Source of the DNA: Eledone cirrhosa
Lineage: Eukaryota
Assembly (NCBI GenBank): GCA_964016885.1
Contig: OZ024743.1
Location: 13,392,001-13,456,000, forward strand
Length of the DNA stretch: 64,000 nucleotides
Reading direction: 5' to 3'
Positions 46,601 to 59,095 of this stretch are shown in pieces; within the stretch, counting starts at the first letter, position 1, and every line of letters starts with the position of its first letter. Below the pieces are notes generated by a model. That model saw nothing but the letters and a program-made list of their open reading frames with translations. It did no database searches and was not told the DNA's origin. Made by a program: the position numbers and the translations under genes.

Positions 46601-47076
46601 GTTTAGGATATCAACCAAATCTTCTCCTAGCCCGTCAGCATTCATTTCCTCAATGGCCGTATCTTTGTTCCAGGTATTATGTATTTCAGCATTCAGATCA
46701 TTGTCTGCTACGGATGGTTCCTCCGTTCTCTCAACCTCTTCACCTTCATTTCCCACTGGCTCGTTTGCCTGGCATACTCCACTTTCCATTTCCAACGTAA
46801 TCTTTCTGCTCTGTTCCTCCAGTTCCAGCTCGCTTATCAACCCATTACTTCTTATTACCCGAGCCTGCCCGGCCAATTTTTGTTGATCTAATTTAAATAG
46901 ACCAATCTCGTTCCAGATGTTATGCCTCCGTTTCCTATAGCCTTTCTCCTTGGGGTTACTCTTCAGGTAACATTGCATAACAGTTCTATTCAATTCTTTC
47001 GTCTATTTGGTTCTGGTCCCTTTCCTTCTTCTTTTTCCTCCGACACCAGCAGCATTTGGTTGACAGCCAGGTCCCT
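43665..47076 (-). mobile_element. R4/Dong-type copy B, 5'-truncated, with stops and frameshifts
   Basis: [46 protein letters not shown]...Y. Confidence 0.93.
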
Positions 47077-47717
47077 ATGGAGCTATGTCGAACAGTTGCT
47101 GTCGCGTGTGGGACTGATCCGGTTGTCGGCTGAGTCCATTGTGCAGATGGTCTCGCCGTCTTCCTTCGAGGAGGAAGGGCAGGCAGTTTTCATCTGCCTG
47201 GTGGCCATGGCGAAAGAGATTGTGTGGTGGTCAAGGTTAAAAGGATTAAAGACAAACACTTTCCTCTTCGGCGAATCCCTAATTAACTTTTTCAAGTTTC
47301 ACTTGAAGAGAAAAATAAGGGTGGAGAGGCAAGTGCTGCTTTCTAGCAAGTTTGTTGAAAGGTGGGTGAATGTAGCGAGAATGGTCCGAGTGAACGGGAC
47401 CGCTCTGAATATACGTCTATAGTTTGAGAGATGGAAAAATTGAGAGAGGGCGCTTGCCCTGGTAGTCAGTGTGGCCGTGGTCTTTTGTGTGGTTTTCGCC
47501 ACGAGTAACCCTCGGAGGTTTCCCCCCTATTGGGAAATTTTTCATTGTTTCAGTTTTCATTTTATTGTTTATATATATATATATATGTTTTATGTCTTTT
47601 TTTTCTTTTCTTATATAAATAATAAAATTATTTACACGCACAAAACCCACATCGTACCGCCCTGTTCCGTCTGTGATGTTTTTCTTGATGTCATCCCTTG
47701 TGGCCAATAAAGAAATC
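47074..47717 (+). mobile_element. 5'-truncated Tx1-clade LINE (ORF2 C-terminus plus 3' UTR)
   Basis: LWSYVEQLLSRV...INFFKFHL matches 56900-57248. Ends aataaagaaatc followed by (ATT)n. Confidence 0.9.
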
Positions 47718-47728
47718 ACTATTATTAA

Positions 47729-47760
<32 letters not shown>

Positions 47761-47761
<1 letters not shown>

Positions 47762-50700
47762 TCTTTGAGTCTCAGTCATTGATGTTAGTTAACTGGAAAG
47801 TTTGTTAAAATGAATATCAAGCCACTACCTGCAGCCTCAGATATTCAGGACGTATCGGAGGGTTCTTGCTGTTCCCAGCAAGCATGCATTTTGAAGCGTT
47901 CCAAAAAGCGTGAAGGGGCCAATTTTTTTTAACCATCCCTGGAAACTTTTTGAGATAGTACCTAGTGCGCCTATGACAATCGGGATCACTTTGACTTCAT
48001 GGCAGTTCCAAATCCTTTTTACCTCCCACTTTAAGTCCTGGTATCGCTTAATTTTCTCCCTCTCCTTCTCTTGCACTCTCGTGTCGAATGGGCAGGCCAC
48101 ATCCACAATCAGGCACGATCTTTTTTCTTTGTCCACAACCACCAGGTCAGGTCTATTGTGTTCCAGTTTCTTGTCCGTCTGTATCCTAAAATCCCACAGC
48201 ACCTTCACCTCATCGTTTTCTATCACCGCCTCTGGCTTATGCTCATACCACTTCTCAGAATGTGGTAAATTGTTTGCTTTGCATAGGTGCCAGTGGATCA
48301 CCCTGCTCATCACATCATGTCTCCAGCCCTTATAGTGAGTCTGGGCTAGGTGTTTACTCTCGGATACAATCTGAGCCACAGTCTCCTCTCTCTCTCCACA
48401 GATCCTGCACAGAGGGCTAGACACCTCCTTGTAAATATGGTGTTTCAACCACTTTGTTTTGAGGGCCTGCTCCTGCGCAGCCATTAACATTCCTTCTGTA
48501 GCCTTTTTAAGGTCTCCTCTTTTCAACCAGTTCCATGTCTGTGGATCTCTAAAGTTAGTTTTATAACAGAGGGTACTATGAAGGGATTTTCCCTGAAGGC
48601 TGCTCTTTCTCCTTGATGTTATTTCCTCCTTGGACATCCCCTGGCCTATTGTCCCCTCCTTCAGTACAGTTCTGAGCATTGGCTCCTTACTATCAGTCAC
48701 GTATTTGTGTAGGTTGTTTTTCTCCATCTGAACACAGTCCTCTATGCTGATAAGACCTCTTCCACCCTCATATCTCCTTTTCTTAAGTAGAGTCTATCGA
48801 CATCACTCCTCTTGTGGAACATGTTGTAGATAGTCAACAGCTTCCTAGTCTTCCTATCCATTTCTTTCTGTTCAGCAACATTCCATCTCAGAATTCCCGC
48901 ACTGTACCTAATAATAGACACAGCTCGGGAATTTACTGCACTTATGGCATTCCTACTGTTCAGATGTGACTTTAATACGCTCCTTACTCTCCGAAGGTAT
49001 TCAGTTCTTATCAATTCCTTCATTTTTTTGTTCTTGATGTCATCTGCCTCCAGAACGCCCAAATACTTGTATCCTTCCTCAGAGTCAATTTCCTTTATCA
49101 TATCACCTGTTGTTATCTGGATTCCGTTACTACTGCTCAACTTACCCTTCCTCATCACAATGACTTACTAATACCAAATTGCATACATATATCATTGCTG
49201 AAAATACGGACAGTGTCAACAAACACATCCAACTCCTTCTCACTCTTCCCGAAGAGCTTAAGATCGTCTATGAAGAGGAGGTGATTGATGGTAAGCCCTC
49301 CCTTTCCCAACCTGTATCCTGCTCTCACTTTTCGCAGTACACTGGTCAGACTATCTCCCTGGAAGATACCTCTCTTGATCTTCACGCTTCCCAATGATTC
49401 TCCAGTTGATGTTAACTCTGTTTCCCAGGACTTCATACTTTTGCCCAACAACTGTCTGATGTTATCTGCCACCTTGAAGATCTCCAGGCTTTTGATGATC
49501 CAAGAATGAGGCACCATGTCAAATGCCTTTTTGCAGTCTATCCATCCCATGGCAAGACCAGTGTGTCTCCTCTTGCAATTCCTCATTACCATCTTATCAA
49601 TAAGTAACTGGTCCTTTGTACCACGTGACTTCTTTCGGTATCAAGTTGTTTGTGTCGAGGTGATAGTAGATTTCATCGGACATAATGCTTGTCAACAGTT
49701 TCCACATTACGGACAGACATGTGATAGGTCTATAGTTGGTAACATCATTACCCTTGATTCGGTCTTTCATTATCAGAATTGTGGTACCACACTGCCTGGT
49801 CATTATGTTTAATATCCTGCTCCCATATTACTCTCCAGAATGTTTTAGTTTGTTCCGCCTCAGGGATCAAGCCGTTGACTCTTTCTTTCCCTTCAAGGTG
49901 TCCAAACAGCATCTTCTGGTTGTTGTGAAACATGCGGTTCTGTCTATACTGGCTGACTCTGTTCTCGTATCGCCTAATTTTTGCACTCTTTGCTACAATG
50001 CGTTGCTTCAGTTCCTCTATGATAATATTTAGCGTTTTCCTCCTAGTTTTGTACTTTATTTCCAGTCTATTTTTAGTGTCTATGTTTTTTAGTGTCCCAT
50101 TCAGTAGGGACTCAAGCTTTCCTATGTCATTTCTCATTCCCCTGATTTGACCACTCAGTCGTTTCTTCCACCAAGGCTCCGCTATTTCTTGTCTGTTGTT
50201 TCCTCTCGCTTTTATACCAAGTAGTTTCCTCACCGCATTTGCTGTTGCTTTGAGGATATTGTTGCACTGGTGAAGGCTCCTCGCCTCAAGGTATGGGATG
50301 ACTTTGTTTACCTTAGCTGTTGTTTCTTTTAACTTTTTCCTGTCTACAGATCTTAGGTTCATAGGTCTCCCAATATCATTGTTCAATTCATCTACCACTA
50401 AGTTTAGGATATCAACCAAATCTTGTCCTAGCCCATCAGCATTCATCTCCTCAGTGGCCGTATATCTGTTCCAGGTATTATTTATCTCAGCATTCAGATC
50501 ATTGTCTGCTTCGGCTGGTGCTTCCGTTCTCTCGACCTCTTCACCTTCATTTCCCACTGGCTCGTTTGCCTGGCATACTCCACTCTCCATCTCCAAGCTA
50601 ATCTCTCTGCTCAGTTCCCCCAGTTCCAGCTCGGTTATCCCCCCATTGGTTCTTATTACCCGAGCCTGCCCGGCCAATTTTTGTTCATCTAATTTAAATA

Positions 50701-51135
50701 GACCAATCTCGTTCCAGATGTTATGCATCCGTTTCCTATAGCCTTTCTCCTTGGGGTTACTCTTCAGGTAACATTGCATAACAGTTCTATTCAATTATTT
50801 CGTCCAGTTCGTTCTGGTCCCTTTCCTTCTTCTTCTTCCTCCGACACCAGCAGTATTTGGTTGACAGCCAGGTCCCTGCTGCTGAGCCAGGGAGCACCTG
50901 TTGGGTGACAGTCTGTCACATGACATTCTAGTCTCCATTTCACCGTTATTCGAACTGTTTAGGTTCAATATTTAAACACTCTTATCGAGGATTGGCGAAT
51001 GTATGGTTACATAACCACCGGTGAATTCATCGTCTCCGGTGGTTCCGTCACTCCACGTGATTTTTATGTGGCATTATCACGCTGTAGACGAACATAAATA
51101 AACAAACACACAAACAGGCAAAAAAAACCCCAAAA
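47761..51135 (-). mobile_element. R4/Dong-type copy C, near full-length with several internal deletions
   Basis: ORFs 49748-50794, 49155-49592, 48742-49158, 47837-48727. 5' UTR shared with copy A. Confidence 0.92.
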
Positions 51136-52152
51136 TGAATAAGCATAAGTTTCATTGTAATGAATGTCTGACTTAGTTTTTCCCTTCCCTTCTCTGTCCG
51201 TCTGTTTGTTTTTCTTCATTTTATTTCCTTTACGTTTTTCGTTGTTGCTGTGCTGCTTTGATTTTTATTTTTGATTTTGTTTTTTTGTATTTTTGATTTT
51301 GACCGGGTCATCAATTCAATCTATTTATATATTTTGATGCCTTCCTCTTTTAGTGGGGGTTCTACGATGTAGCAGGTGTAGCGGGAGAGAATAGCGGCGG
51401 TAGTGATAATGATGCAGTGGTGGTGGTGGCGGTGCTGTGCTAGCAGCAACTAGCAGGAGGTAGTGTGAGATAATAGCGGCGGTAGCGATAAATCATTATT
51501 AGGCAGTGGTGGTGGTGATGTGATCGTATTACTGTAGTGATGGTGTTGAAATTGGAGTAGAAATAGCGGTTGAGTCGACTTAACCAGAGTTTTCATCGTG
51601 GTAGTGGTGGTGGTGTTGGTGGTGAAATTATCTTTAGTTATTTAGTCATTTTGTCATTTTCCTCCTTTTCGACTCTAACATTCCTGATCCAAAATTAAAT
51701 ATTAATCTTGTTTATTAATATTGTCTAGTGATACCGCCATCTTCCCCTTTCGTAAGTTAACAGAAGGTAATGGGGGGATAGCGGTGGTAGCAATGAAGGA
51801 GTGGTGGCGGCGGTGATGGGATAGTGGTAGTAATGATGGATGGGCAGCGGTGGCGGTGACTGTAGTGATGGCGTTGTCGTTACTGAGTTTTGTTGAATGA
51901 ACTGTATTGTTATTATCATTATGTTATGGCCGCACATGTGTGAAGACAGTACAAATCTGCGGGGGAAAAGGTTCGTAACTTTAAGCTGTTTTAAAGTGTC
52001 ATTTTTTGTATCTTCTTGTCGTTAACGAAACTTAAGGTACACATCTTGATTTAAAGAGAGGGATACCTCTCAATATTCGGGCTTTAAGCCCGAATATTCA
52101 GATTTATTTTAAAAAACTTCGAAAAAAATCGCTTCCCCACCAAAAGAAAATT

Positions 52153-53793
52153 ATGGAAATTTTCGACCTTGAAACGGTAAACAACGTTCAGGTCAAAAGT
52201 TTAACGGCAGCCACTGTAGATTTTACCACGACTACGACGGCTACAGTCATGCCTGTCATCCACTCTACTGAATGTGAAGGCAAAACTCAAAAGCTACCAT
52301 CACAACCTTCTGCGATAGCAGCAGTATCATCTGAAAACGACATCACCACCACCGCCACCACCACCACCACCACCACCACCACCACCACCACCACAACAAC
52401 AACAACAACTCAGAGCAATAACGACAATAACACCGACAGCTTCAATGTAAACAAGGATGGCGGTGGCAACACCAATAACAACAGCAAGAATGACAACAAC
52501 AACAATAAGAGCATCAGAAACACCACATTTGCTGCAGCAGCAGCAAAAACAAAGCGCTTATTGAATATTTATATTGATATTAGCGATAAAGACGAAAAGT
52601 TGGCCAAAGCGTGGAGGCTAATTAAACGGGAGAAGTCCTGGGCAAACCTGACCATCCTGGACGAGGCAATAGCGGCCATGCAAAGGAGGACGGTGTTCTT
52701 TCGATGTATTTCGGTGCAGACACGAAAAGTGGAACTTGCGACTATGAATAACATCCCGGATTTTGCCCGCCTGCAGGACAGGACAACAATCCAACTAATG
52801 ATTGACGGAAGAAGGCCACGCTGCTTCGTCTGCGGGGAAGTAACGCATCTTCAAGCCTTCTGCCCTCAGCGCAAAAATGCAGGGGGTCGCAAACCTCCTT
52901 TGTTGCCAACGCCAGTGTCAGCACGGAAAGCTGCACCACCACCACCACCAAAAACAACATCAACAAAAACACGGACACCAACATCAAAAACAGCCGGATC
53001 ACCATCAACACCAAATCCAATCCAAGTAGAAAACGAGGAAAGCTCTCCCACTCCCCCTACCCCCCCCCGCAATTATACACATAGACAAAACAATAAACGC
53101 ACACACAGACACAGAGACACTCACAGACACAGACCCTTTGTATTCCAGCAGCGAAGATGAAGGAAAACCCAAAAGTGCAAAAAAAAAACAGAGAAAACTC
53201 ACAAAAAAAAGCCCCAACAAAACACAAAAACACACACAACAAAAAATACAGACACCACTAACGCAAACACTTCGCCAATAACATCATCACCAACAGCAAC
53301 ATCGACACCACCTCCACAATCCCCGAAACGCAAACAACCTAAACAAACACAAGTACAAATAAACACACAAATACCGGAAATTGCAGACACCACACCTACA
53401 ACAAACATAGACATACCCGAAACAACACCACCAAAACCATCGCCACCACCTTCACCAAAACGAAAACAAATAAAACCACACCAACAAAATGTTAAAAACT
53501 TCGTGCTTGTCAGAAGGGCCAACAATAAACTGATGGCCCTCTTAGCGCGAAGCGAGGACATTCAAACAGAGGGGGAGATTTTTGAAATGAGCTCATTTTG
53601 CGTGCCAGAAGATTTGCTTCTGGTCCGAATGTCACTCAATTCCTTCAAAGAAATTCGAGAGAGCATTCCTCAAGACGTGGGAACCCCTAATGTGAAACCC
53701 ACATCAAGACTTTTAAAGGGGGTTCCCAAAAGAAACCCCACCAACCATGGAGGTCGAACCACCCGACCTTCACAAGACCCGGGAGGTAAGTAA
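52153..53793 (+). pseudogene. Tx1 ORF1 (gag-like, CCHC knuckle), frameshifted
   Basis: GRRPRCFVCGEVTHLQAFC, low-complexity T/N/P tracts, frame break near 53100-53160. Confidence 0.75.
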
Positions 53794-53824
53794 ACCTTCC
53801 CTCTCTCTCTCTTAGCTTACCAAT

Positions 53825-56800
53825 ATGGCCATATTAAGAGTAGGAAGTTTAAATGTTCGCGGCCTGGGGTCACCCTGGAAGCAGGGTCGCCTGCTCAACG
53901 ACCTCCGGTCGCTGGAAATGGATGTGATTGCCGTAAGCGAGACCAGAATTTCCGACACGCGCGCACTAGCCCCCATTTTCGACGACTATCAGATCTTCGC
54001 ATCTGTTAGCAGGCCAGCAATGGGGGGTGGGGTGGAAGTGCTGTTTAAGAAAGGACAGGATCTCGAGGTAAGGTCGATCTTCCGGGACCCGGACGGTAAG
54101 TTGGTGGTCTTGGATGTGAGCAGTAGCGAAGATGGTGCCTTTAGACTGCTGGCCGTCTACGCCCCTACGGGGGCCGGACGACCTGACTTCTTTAGGCGCC
54201 TGGAAACCTTTCTGGGTACGTCTTGCCCTTTACTGTTAGCGGGGGACTGGAATGGCATCTTAGACGCACGCTGGGATTGTGTGGGAGGAGCCGATAGGAG
54301 CGGGGGGTGCAAAAGCCTCAAGCACCTACTCAGCCAGTTCCAACTGTCTGACAGGTATCGACTAGATTTCCCCAATGTGCCAGTATGGACATGGACCAAC
54401 CGAATGGGGTCATCTAGATCGTATATAGACAGGATCTTCATTAGGAAAATAGATAGAAATAGTGTGGGCTGTCCACTTTTTAAAACGGTCACCTATTCAG
54501 ATCACAAATTTCTGATCTGTACGGTCGACCTAAATAAAACGCGTAGGTTAGGACCGGGTTACTGGAAGCTGAACATGTCATTTCCGGCACGTAAGGCTTA
54601 CAGGGACCGAGTCAACAATTTAGTTAAGCAAAAGTTGACTGGGGGATCATCAACAACAGATGGTGGGTGGCTCTCAAAAGAGAGATTAGAGTAACTTCGA
54701 TAGAGTTCAGCAAAGAACTAGCGTTAGAGAAAAATAGAAAGGAAGGGGAGCTGGTAGATAAGTTAGATGAGGCTATTTGTAGTGGCATCGCAACTGACGT
54801 GCTAGCGGCGAGAATGGCATTAGACCATTTCTTCAATGCCAAACACGAAGGTTGCATTGTCAGAGCTAAGGCGCGTGCGCTGAGAAACGAGGGAACTGAG
54901 GTTGTTCGATGGGCCCGCGTGGCGGAGGCGCAGCGTGGTAATAAAACCACAATTCGGTCGTTGGCGGACCGAGACGGACACGAGATAAGCGATTCCAAGT
55001 GGATGTGTGAGGCCTTTCGCCAGCACTTTGCTCGGTTGTTCAGAGAGAGTGGCGAGTCAGAGAGAGTAGCGGATTTCAGTCCCTACCTTGACGGCTTGAT
55101 GCGCATCTCGACGGTCGACGCTGAGCGCTGCGAAAGGCCGATTACTTCAGCCGAAATTCAGGACGCCCTTGTCGGCTGCATGAGGCGCAAGTCACCCGGT
55201 TTGGATGGCCTGTCCTACGAGCTTTACGTAAATATGCCAGACTTGCTCTCCGAACTCCTCGAAGCACTCTACTGCAACTGGCAGCAGAATGGGAGTATTG
55301 CCAGTTCTGTGAGCAGGGGAGTGGTGATGCTGATAAGGAAAGACGAGAACAAGAGGGATGCATTAGACAACTTCAGGCCCATAACTCTGCTCAACACAGA
55401 GTTTAAGATTTTGGCCAAGGTGTTAGCAAAGAGATTGGCGCTTGTCGTCGAGGATTTGGTTGGGGAGGCGCAAACTTGCGCAATCCCAGCCAGGTCCATA
55501 CACGACAATCTCCACCTCACGCGGTACATCATAGAGAGGGTAGGGTGTAAACCTGGGTTCGGTGGGGCACTGATCAATTTAGATCAATCGAAAGCATTCG
55601 ATAGGGTCGACCATCGGTATCTGGAGTTTGTACTCAAAGCAGCTGGCTTCAGTCCTGTCTTTAGAAGCTGGATCGTTGCAATGCACAGCGACACATGCTC
55701 GGTGGTCAAGGTTAATGGCCACCTCTCGGAACCATTTCGGCTCTCCCGATCTGTCCGTCAAGGGTGCCGTCTCTCTTCCCTTCTGTACGTATTGACTCTC
55801 GAGCCTTTACTGCGGAAGCTGGAGCTGTTGCAGGGCATCCCGCTCGAACCGGGACGTGGAAAGGCGGTGTCGGCTTATGCGGACGACATCACCGTGATGG
55901 TGTCGAACACCTCAGAAATCGAGGTAGTCGGCACCTTATTGAAGGAATATGAAAGGTTGACAGGAGCCAAACTTAACCCGGAAAAGTCGGTGGGCTTGCA
56001 GCTCGGAACCTGGAGAGGCAAGCCCATGCCGTCCAACAGCGTCGTGGGGCGCTGGACGGACGGACCGGTAAAGTTGCTCGGGGTTTGGTTCGGACCAGAC
56101 CTCCAGGTGGAAAAGAATTGGGACGAGGTAACGAGCAGAGAAGCCAGTCTCACCCAAAAATGGGCTGGGAGGAAGCTATCACTGAAAGGTCGCGCGGAGG
56201 TGGCGAATGCGTACACCGCGTCCGTCATCTACTACCGCCTGACCGTCGTGCCTTTCCCTCGTCCGCGCCTCATCAAGCTGGAACGGCTCCTCTTCAAATT
56301 CTTGTGGAGGGGACAAGTTCCGTTGGTGAGGCGGTCCATCTGCTGCCAGCACCCTCTACGCGGAGGGCTGGGCATGCCGTGGCTAATGATGCGCAGACAT
56401 GCGTTGAGGCTGCGACATCTCCAGATATTCTGCCTCAACGGTGAACAGGTGTGGTCGCCGTTTATCAGACGGGCCTTTCCGCAGCTCATTTCTTTGACTG
56501 AGCTGCAGTCCTGGGTCAAGAAGAGACCGAGACTGGGTGACTGGCACCTGGAATGTTGCCAGGCACTCACTGACTTCTACCATGCGGGCAATGCGATCAG
56601 TGGAACTTCCACTCTCGAGTTCTATAGAGGATTAGTGGTGGGCAAGTGCGATGACGCACTCGAAGAAGCTTTGGGCCTCGACGAAGTCGAACTGACCAGT
56701 CTGTACCGGAGGACTTTTGAGCCGGGGACGATGGACAATTTCCAGAAATCCCTCGCTTGGCAGTGCTACCGGAGGGCACTGCCGGTTCGGGATAAACTCT

Positions 56801-57248
56801 ACAGGCACGGAAGTGCTGTCAGACGGACATGCCCAAGATGCGCACAGAACGACGAAACCGTTCTGCACGCACTTGTCCAATGTCCGTGCATTACTGACTT
56901 GTGGAGTTATGTCGAACAGCTGTTGTCGCGTGTGGAACGAATCCGGCTATCGGCCGAGTCCATAGTGAAGATCGATCCACCGCCTTCCTTAGGTCAGGAA
57001 GAGCAGGAAATTTTCCTCTGTCTGGTGGCAGTTGCGAAAGAGATTATATGGTGGACCAGGTTGAAAGGACTAAAGACAGACACTTTTCTCTTCGGCCAAT
57101 CCCTCATCAACTTCTTCAAGTTTCACCTGGAAAGGAAGGTGAGGGTGGAGAGAGAAGTGCTGCCCCCCCCAGTACATTTGCTAAAAGGTGGGTGAATGTG
57201 GCGAGAATGGCTCGTGTGAATGGGCCTACTCTGACCATGCAGCTATAG
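53825..57248 (+). pseudogene. Tx1 ORF2 (APE endonuclease, RT, C-terminal zinc finger) with two frameshifts
   Basis: SLNVRGL, VSET, VYAP, GDWN, IDRIF, SDH; KSPGLDG, FRPITLLN, DQSKAFD, RQGC, YADD; CPRC..ETVLHALVQC. Breaks near 54650 and 57170. Confidence 0.92.
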
Positions 57249-57523
57249 GCTGGCTAACTTGAGGAGAGGGGTGCTCTCCCTGGGTGCCCTAGAAGCGCAG
57301 GGTGGTTCAAGATTGGTGGGGTACCTGAGCACCCCAGGGTCGTACACCCCCTATCGGGGAATTTATTTTGTTATATTTATGCATAGTTTATTTAATATTT
57401 TTATATTTTCATTGTTAAATTAGTCTTGCCATTGTGCACTTTTACTCCACCTTATTGTAAACCCCACTGTCCCTGTCTTTGTATTGTCCCTTACATGTCG
57501 GCCCTGGTGGCTAATAAATGAAA

Positions 57524-57573
<50 letters not shown>

Positions 57574-57592
57574 ATTATTATTATTGTTGTTA

Positions 57593-59041
57593 TTCCTTGA
57601 ATCTCAGTCATTGATGTTGGTTAACTGGAAAGTCCGTTGGAATGAATATCAAGCCACTACCTGCAGCCTCAGATATTCAGGACGTATCGGAGGGTTCTTG
57701 CAGTTCCCAGCAAGCATGCCTTTTGAAGCGTTCCAAAAAGCGTGAAGGGGCCGATTTTCTTTAACCATCCCTGGAAACTTTTGGAGATAGTCCCCAGTGC
57801 GCCTATGACAATCGGGATCACTTTGACTTCATGGCAGTTCCAAATCCTTTTCACCTACCCCTTTAGGTCCTGGTATCGGTTAATTTTCTCCCTCTCCTTC
57901 TCTTGCACTCTCGTGTCGAAAGGGCAGGCCACATCCACAATCAGACTCGATCTTTTTTCTTTGTCCACAACCACCAGGTCAGGTCTATTGTGTTCCAGTT
58001 TTTTGTCCGTCTGTATCCTAAAATCCCACAGCACCTTCACCTGATTGTTCTCCATCACCGCCTCTGGCCTATGCTAATACCATTTCTCAGAATGTGGTAA
58101 ATTGTTTACTTTGCACAGGTGCCAGTGGATCACCCTGCCCATCACATCGTGTCTCCAGCCCTTATAGTGGGTCTGGGCTAGGTGTTTACACTCGGACACA
58201 ATGTGAGCCACAGTCTCCTCTCTCTCTCCACAGATCCTGCACAGTGGGCTAGCCTCCTCCTTGTAAATATGGTGCTTCAACCACTTCGTTTTGAGAGCCT
58301 GCTCCTGCGCAGCCATTAGCATTCCTTCTGTAGCCTTTTTGAGGTCTCCTCTTCTCAACCAGTTCCATGTCTGTGGATCTCTAAATTCAGTTTTCTCAAA
58401 GAAGGTACTATGAAGGGATTTTCCCTTAAGGCTGCTCTTCCTCCTTGATGTTATTTCCTCCTTGGACATCCCCTGGCCTACTGTCCCCTCCTTCAGTACA
58501 GTTCTGAGCATTGGCTCCTTACTATAGGTCACGTATTTGTATAGGTTGTTTTTCTCCATCTGAACATGGAACGCTTCAGGCTTTTGGTGATCCAAGAATG
58601 AGGCACCATGTCAAATGCCTTTCTGTAGTCTATCCATCCCATGGCAAGATCAGTGTGTCCCCTCCTGCAATTCCCCATTACCATCTTATCAATAAGTAAC
58701 TGGTCCTTTGTACCACGTGACTTCTTTCGCCATCCTTTCTGTTCGTCCGGTAACAAGTTGTTTGTGTGGAGGTGATGGTAGATTTCCTCAGACACAATGC
58801 TCGTCAACAGTTTCCACATTACGGACAGACATGTGATAGGTCTATAGTTGGTAACATCATTACCCTTGATACCTAGGCCAGAGGCGGTGATGGAGAACAA
58901 TCAGGTGAAGGTGCTGTGGGATTTTAGGATACAGACGGACAAAAAACTGGAACACAATAGACCTGACTTGGTGGTTGTGGACAAAGAAAAAAGATCGTGT
59001 CTGATTGTGGATGTGGCCTGCCCTTTCGACACGAGAGTGCA

Positions 59042-59042
<1 letters not shown>
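57593..59042 (-). mobile_element. R4/Dong-type copy D: truncated, RT core deleted, with inverted 169-bp self-duplication at its 5' end
   Basis: Deletion junction with filler at about 58567-58577. 58874-59042 is the reverse complement of 57903-58071. Confidence 0.9.

Positions 59043-59095
<53 letters not shown>

Larger units (their letters stand above)
51928..57525 (+). mobile_element. Apparently full-length Tx1-clade (L1 group) LINE, copy 1
   Basis: 5' UTR begins GGC after a degenerate ATT tract; ORF1 and ORF2 follow; 3' end aataaatgaaatc(ATT)n. Confidence 0.92.

Noticed and set aside
41183-50908. Plus-strand ORFs over the Dong copies (similar minus-strand ORFs lie over the Tx1 copies further downstream)
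   Set aside because: Antisense shadows of retrotransposon coding sequence.
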